Of a DNA stretch of 64,000 bases, positions 62,356 through 64,000 are shown in pieces (position 1 is the first letter of the stretch; each line of letters begins with the position of its first letter). The translations under genes and the position numbers were made by a program. The notes beneath the pieces are model-generated. The model had not been told where the DNA came from. It saw only the letters and a program-made list of their open reading frames with translations, and did no database searches. Location: assembly GCF_000143415.4 (NCBI RefSeq), contig NW_003314281.1:732833-796832 (forward strand), in the 5' to 3' direction. This DNA comes from Selaginella moellendorffii (lineage: Eukaryota; Plantae; Lycopodiophyta).

Positions 62356-64000
62356 CTGTTTGCCAGTAGCACAAAGGCCGCGCCATCTTTTTCCTGGATC
62401 CTCTCGAAGGCTGCTCTTCCAGCTTCTACGTTTTCCCACTTTCGACTTGATGCCAGGATGCTCGTCCAGATGGTGGAGTCCGGCTCCATAGGCATGCTTT
62501 TCACTACAGCCAGTGCCTCCTCAAGATGGTTCGCGCGACCTAGGAGATCGACCATGCACGAGTAGTGCTGGATCGTTGCATACTCTCTGTAGTCCTCGAG
62601 CAGTGCGTGAAAGTATTTCCTGGCTTGGTCGACGAGTCCAGTGTGGTTGCAAGCGCTGAGCACCGAGAGAAAAGTCACACCATCGGGGCGTATCTTCTCG
62701 TGCTGCATGCGCTCGAAGAGATCGAAGACCTGGCAAGCGTCACCCTGTTGGCTATAGCCGGAGATGATCGCGCTCCAAGTCACTAAATCTCTCCTCTTGA
62801 TGGGAATGGCGTCGAAAACTGCTCGGGCTTCTTCCATGCACCCACATTTGCCGTAGAAAGTGATGAGAGAGTTTGCAATGACAAGCTCACTTTGGTGATC
62901 CATATAACCACTTCTGCTTCGAATCTGTTCGTGAACTCGTCTTCCTCTCTCGAAGTCTGCGAGATTTCCACACGCCTTGATAACAGCCACGAAAGTCCGA
63001 GACTCCGGATGCAACTGCTGCTGAATCATACTCTCGAACAGCTCCAAAGCAGTGCTGTTCTCCCCAAGCTCGGCATAGCCCAGGATCATCGATGTCCACA
63101 TCGCTAGCGAAGAACTTCCCAGCATCACACTCCTGTCAAAGACCGACCGAGCCTCCCCAATGCTCCCGCAGTTGGCATACATGTCCACCAGAGAATTCGC
63201 CACGAAAACATCTGGCTCGTGTCCCTTGTTCCTGAGCTCCAAGTGTATCAGCCGGCCTCTCTCGAGTGACTTGAGCTTGAGAACTCGAGCATCCCCACCG
63301 AGCTCTCTTCCTTCTTGGGCTGCGAGGCTAGAGCAAGCGTTGAGTGCTGCAACATAAGTTCGAGCCTGCGGTGTCAAACCTTCCTCTTGCATAGCCGTGA
63401 AGAGCTCCAGAGCCGCATCACTCTCGCCATTCTGTACGCATCCAAGAATCATGGTCGTCCAAGAAACTACGTTTCGTTGCTGCATCTCCTCGAACACCTC
63501 TCCAGCCTCAGCTAAGCTTCCACACTTGGCGTACATGTCCACGAGCGAATTTTCCACGTATATATCAATCGCTACCTTACGTCCCAGATTTTTAAGCCGT
63601 AGATGGATAGCTCGGCCCTTTCCAAGCGACACCACCTTGACTAGCTTCCCATTTACTTTCTCTGCTTCTTCCGCTGAAGCCAAGCTTGAGCAAGCACCTA
63701 TCGCGGCGACGAAGGTCCGAGCATCTGGATCGACACCCTGGTCGAGCATTCTCGAAAACATCTCTAGCGCTTGCTCGCCGTCACCGCTCTGTGCGTAGCC
63801 ATGTATGATAGAGTTCCACAGCACCACGTCGTGGTGACTTGTCTGCTCAAACACTGCTCGAGCCTCGAGCATGCTCCCACACTTTGCAAGCATGTCCACG
63901 AGACTGTTTCTTACGAAGGCATTGAGCTTCTGGCTGTTGTCACTCGTTTGGAGAAGCGACTGTATGCTCCTGCCTTTCCTGAGAGCCTCGACCTTTACAA
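62319..64000 (-). CDS. PLS-E PPR protein; 5' end outside the window
   Basis: Frame open to the window edge; HYSCMVDLLGRAN...MPMEPDSTIW...FVLLANSY. Confidence 0.92.
   Translation of the reverse strand, partial: VKVEALRKGRSIQSLLQTSDNSQKLNAFVRNSLVDMLAKCGSMLEARAVFEQTSHHDVVLWNSIIHGYAQSGDGEQALEMFSRMLDQGVDPDARTFVAAIGACSSLASAEEAEKVNGKLVKVVSLGKGRAIHLRLKNLGRKVAIDIYVENSLVDMYAKCGSLAEAGEVFEEMQQRNVVSWTTMILGCVQNGESDAALELFTAMQEEGLTPQARTYVAALNACSSLAAQEGRELGGDARVLKLKSLERGRLIHLELRNKGHEPDVFVANSLVDMYANCGSIGEARSVFDRSVMLGSSSLAMWTSMILGYAELGENSTALELFESMIQQQLHPESRTFVAVIKACGNLADFERGRRVHEQIRSRSGYMDHQSELVIANSLITFYGKCGCMEEARAVFDAIPIKRRDLVTWSAIISGYSQQGDACQVFDLFERMQHEKIRPDGVTFLSVLSACNHTGLVDQARKYFHALLEDYREYATIQHYSCMVDLLGRANHLEEALAVVKSMPMEPDSTIWTSILASSRKWENVEAGRAAFERIQEKDGAAFVLLANSYAGRSSNSPSR

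Noticed and set aside
58500-63800. Numerous antisense and alternative-frame ORFs over the PPR genes (and similar shadows over H2B and the kinase)
   Set aside because: Shadow ORFs expected from GC-rich coding sequence.

Overview
Eukaryotic plant genomic DNA, most likely the lycophyte Selaginella. This is an inference from the tight gene packing, ~50-80 nt introns, abundant intronless PLS-class PPR genes and a Tat element with RNase H upstream of RT. 1-4.2 kb: tandem array of decayed IPMS-derived genes carrying MAM-type active-site substitutions. 6.7-19.1 kb: nested retrotransposon island containing a decayed Tat-like element, three 5S-bearing Cassandra TRIMs (one intact) and a chromovirus inserted into one of them. 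20-34.5 kb: dense housekeeping block (TRB/SMH, 3-methyladenine glycosylase, variant H2B, LDIP-like, DBP2/RH20-like helicase, FTR catalytic chain, cyclin C, SKD1/VPS4). 34.6-49 kb: triplicated, reciprocally decayed PPR / Dabb / RBR-CCCH ligase cassette, an AT-rich lectin pseudogene and a UGT pseudogene. 49-64 kb: anoctamin, a DUF1221-like + kinase + pseudokinase tandem-kinase gene, an ERN-like ERF, tRNA-Lys and three tightly packed PPR genes. Best candidates for undescribed biology: convergent MAM-like synthases, the helical-domain tandem kinase, the RNase H-like/RBR/CCCH ligase, and a lycophyte Cassandra with a possible autonomous partner. All calls were made by eye from motifs; no searches were run.
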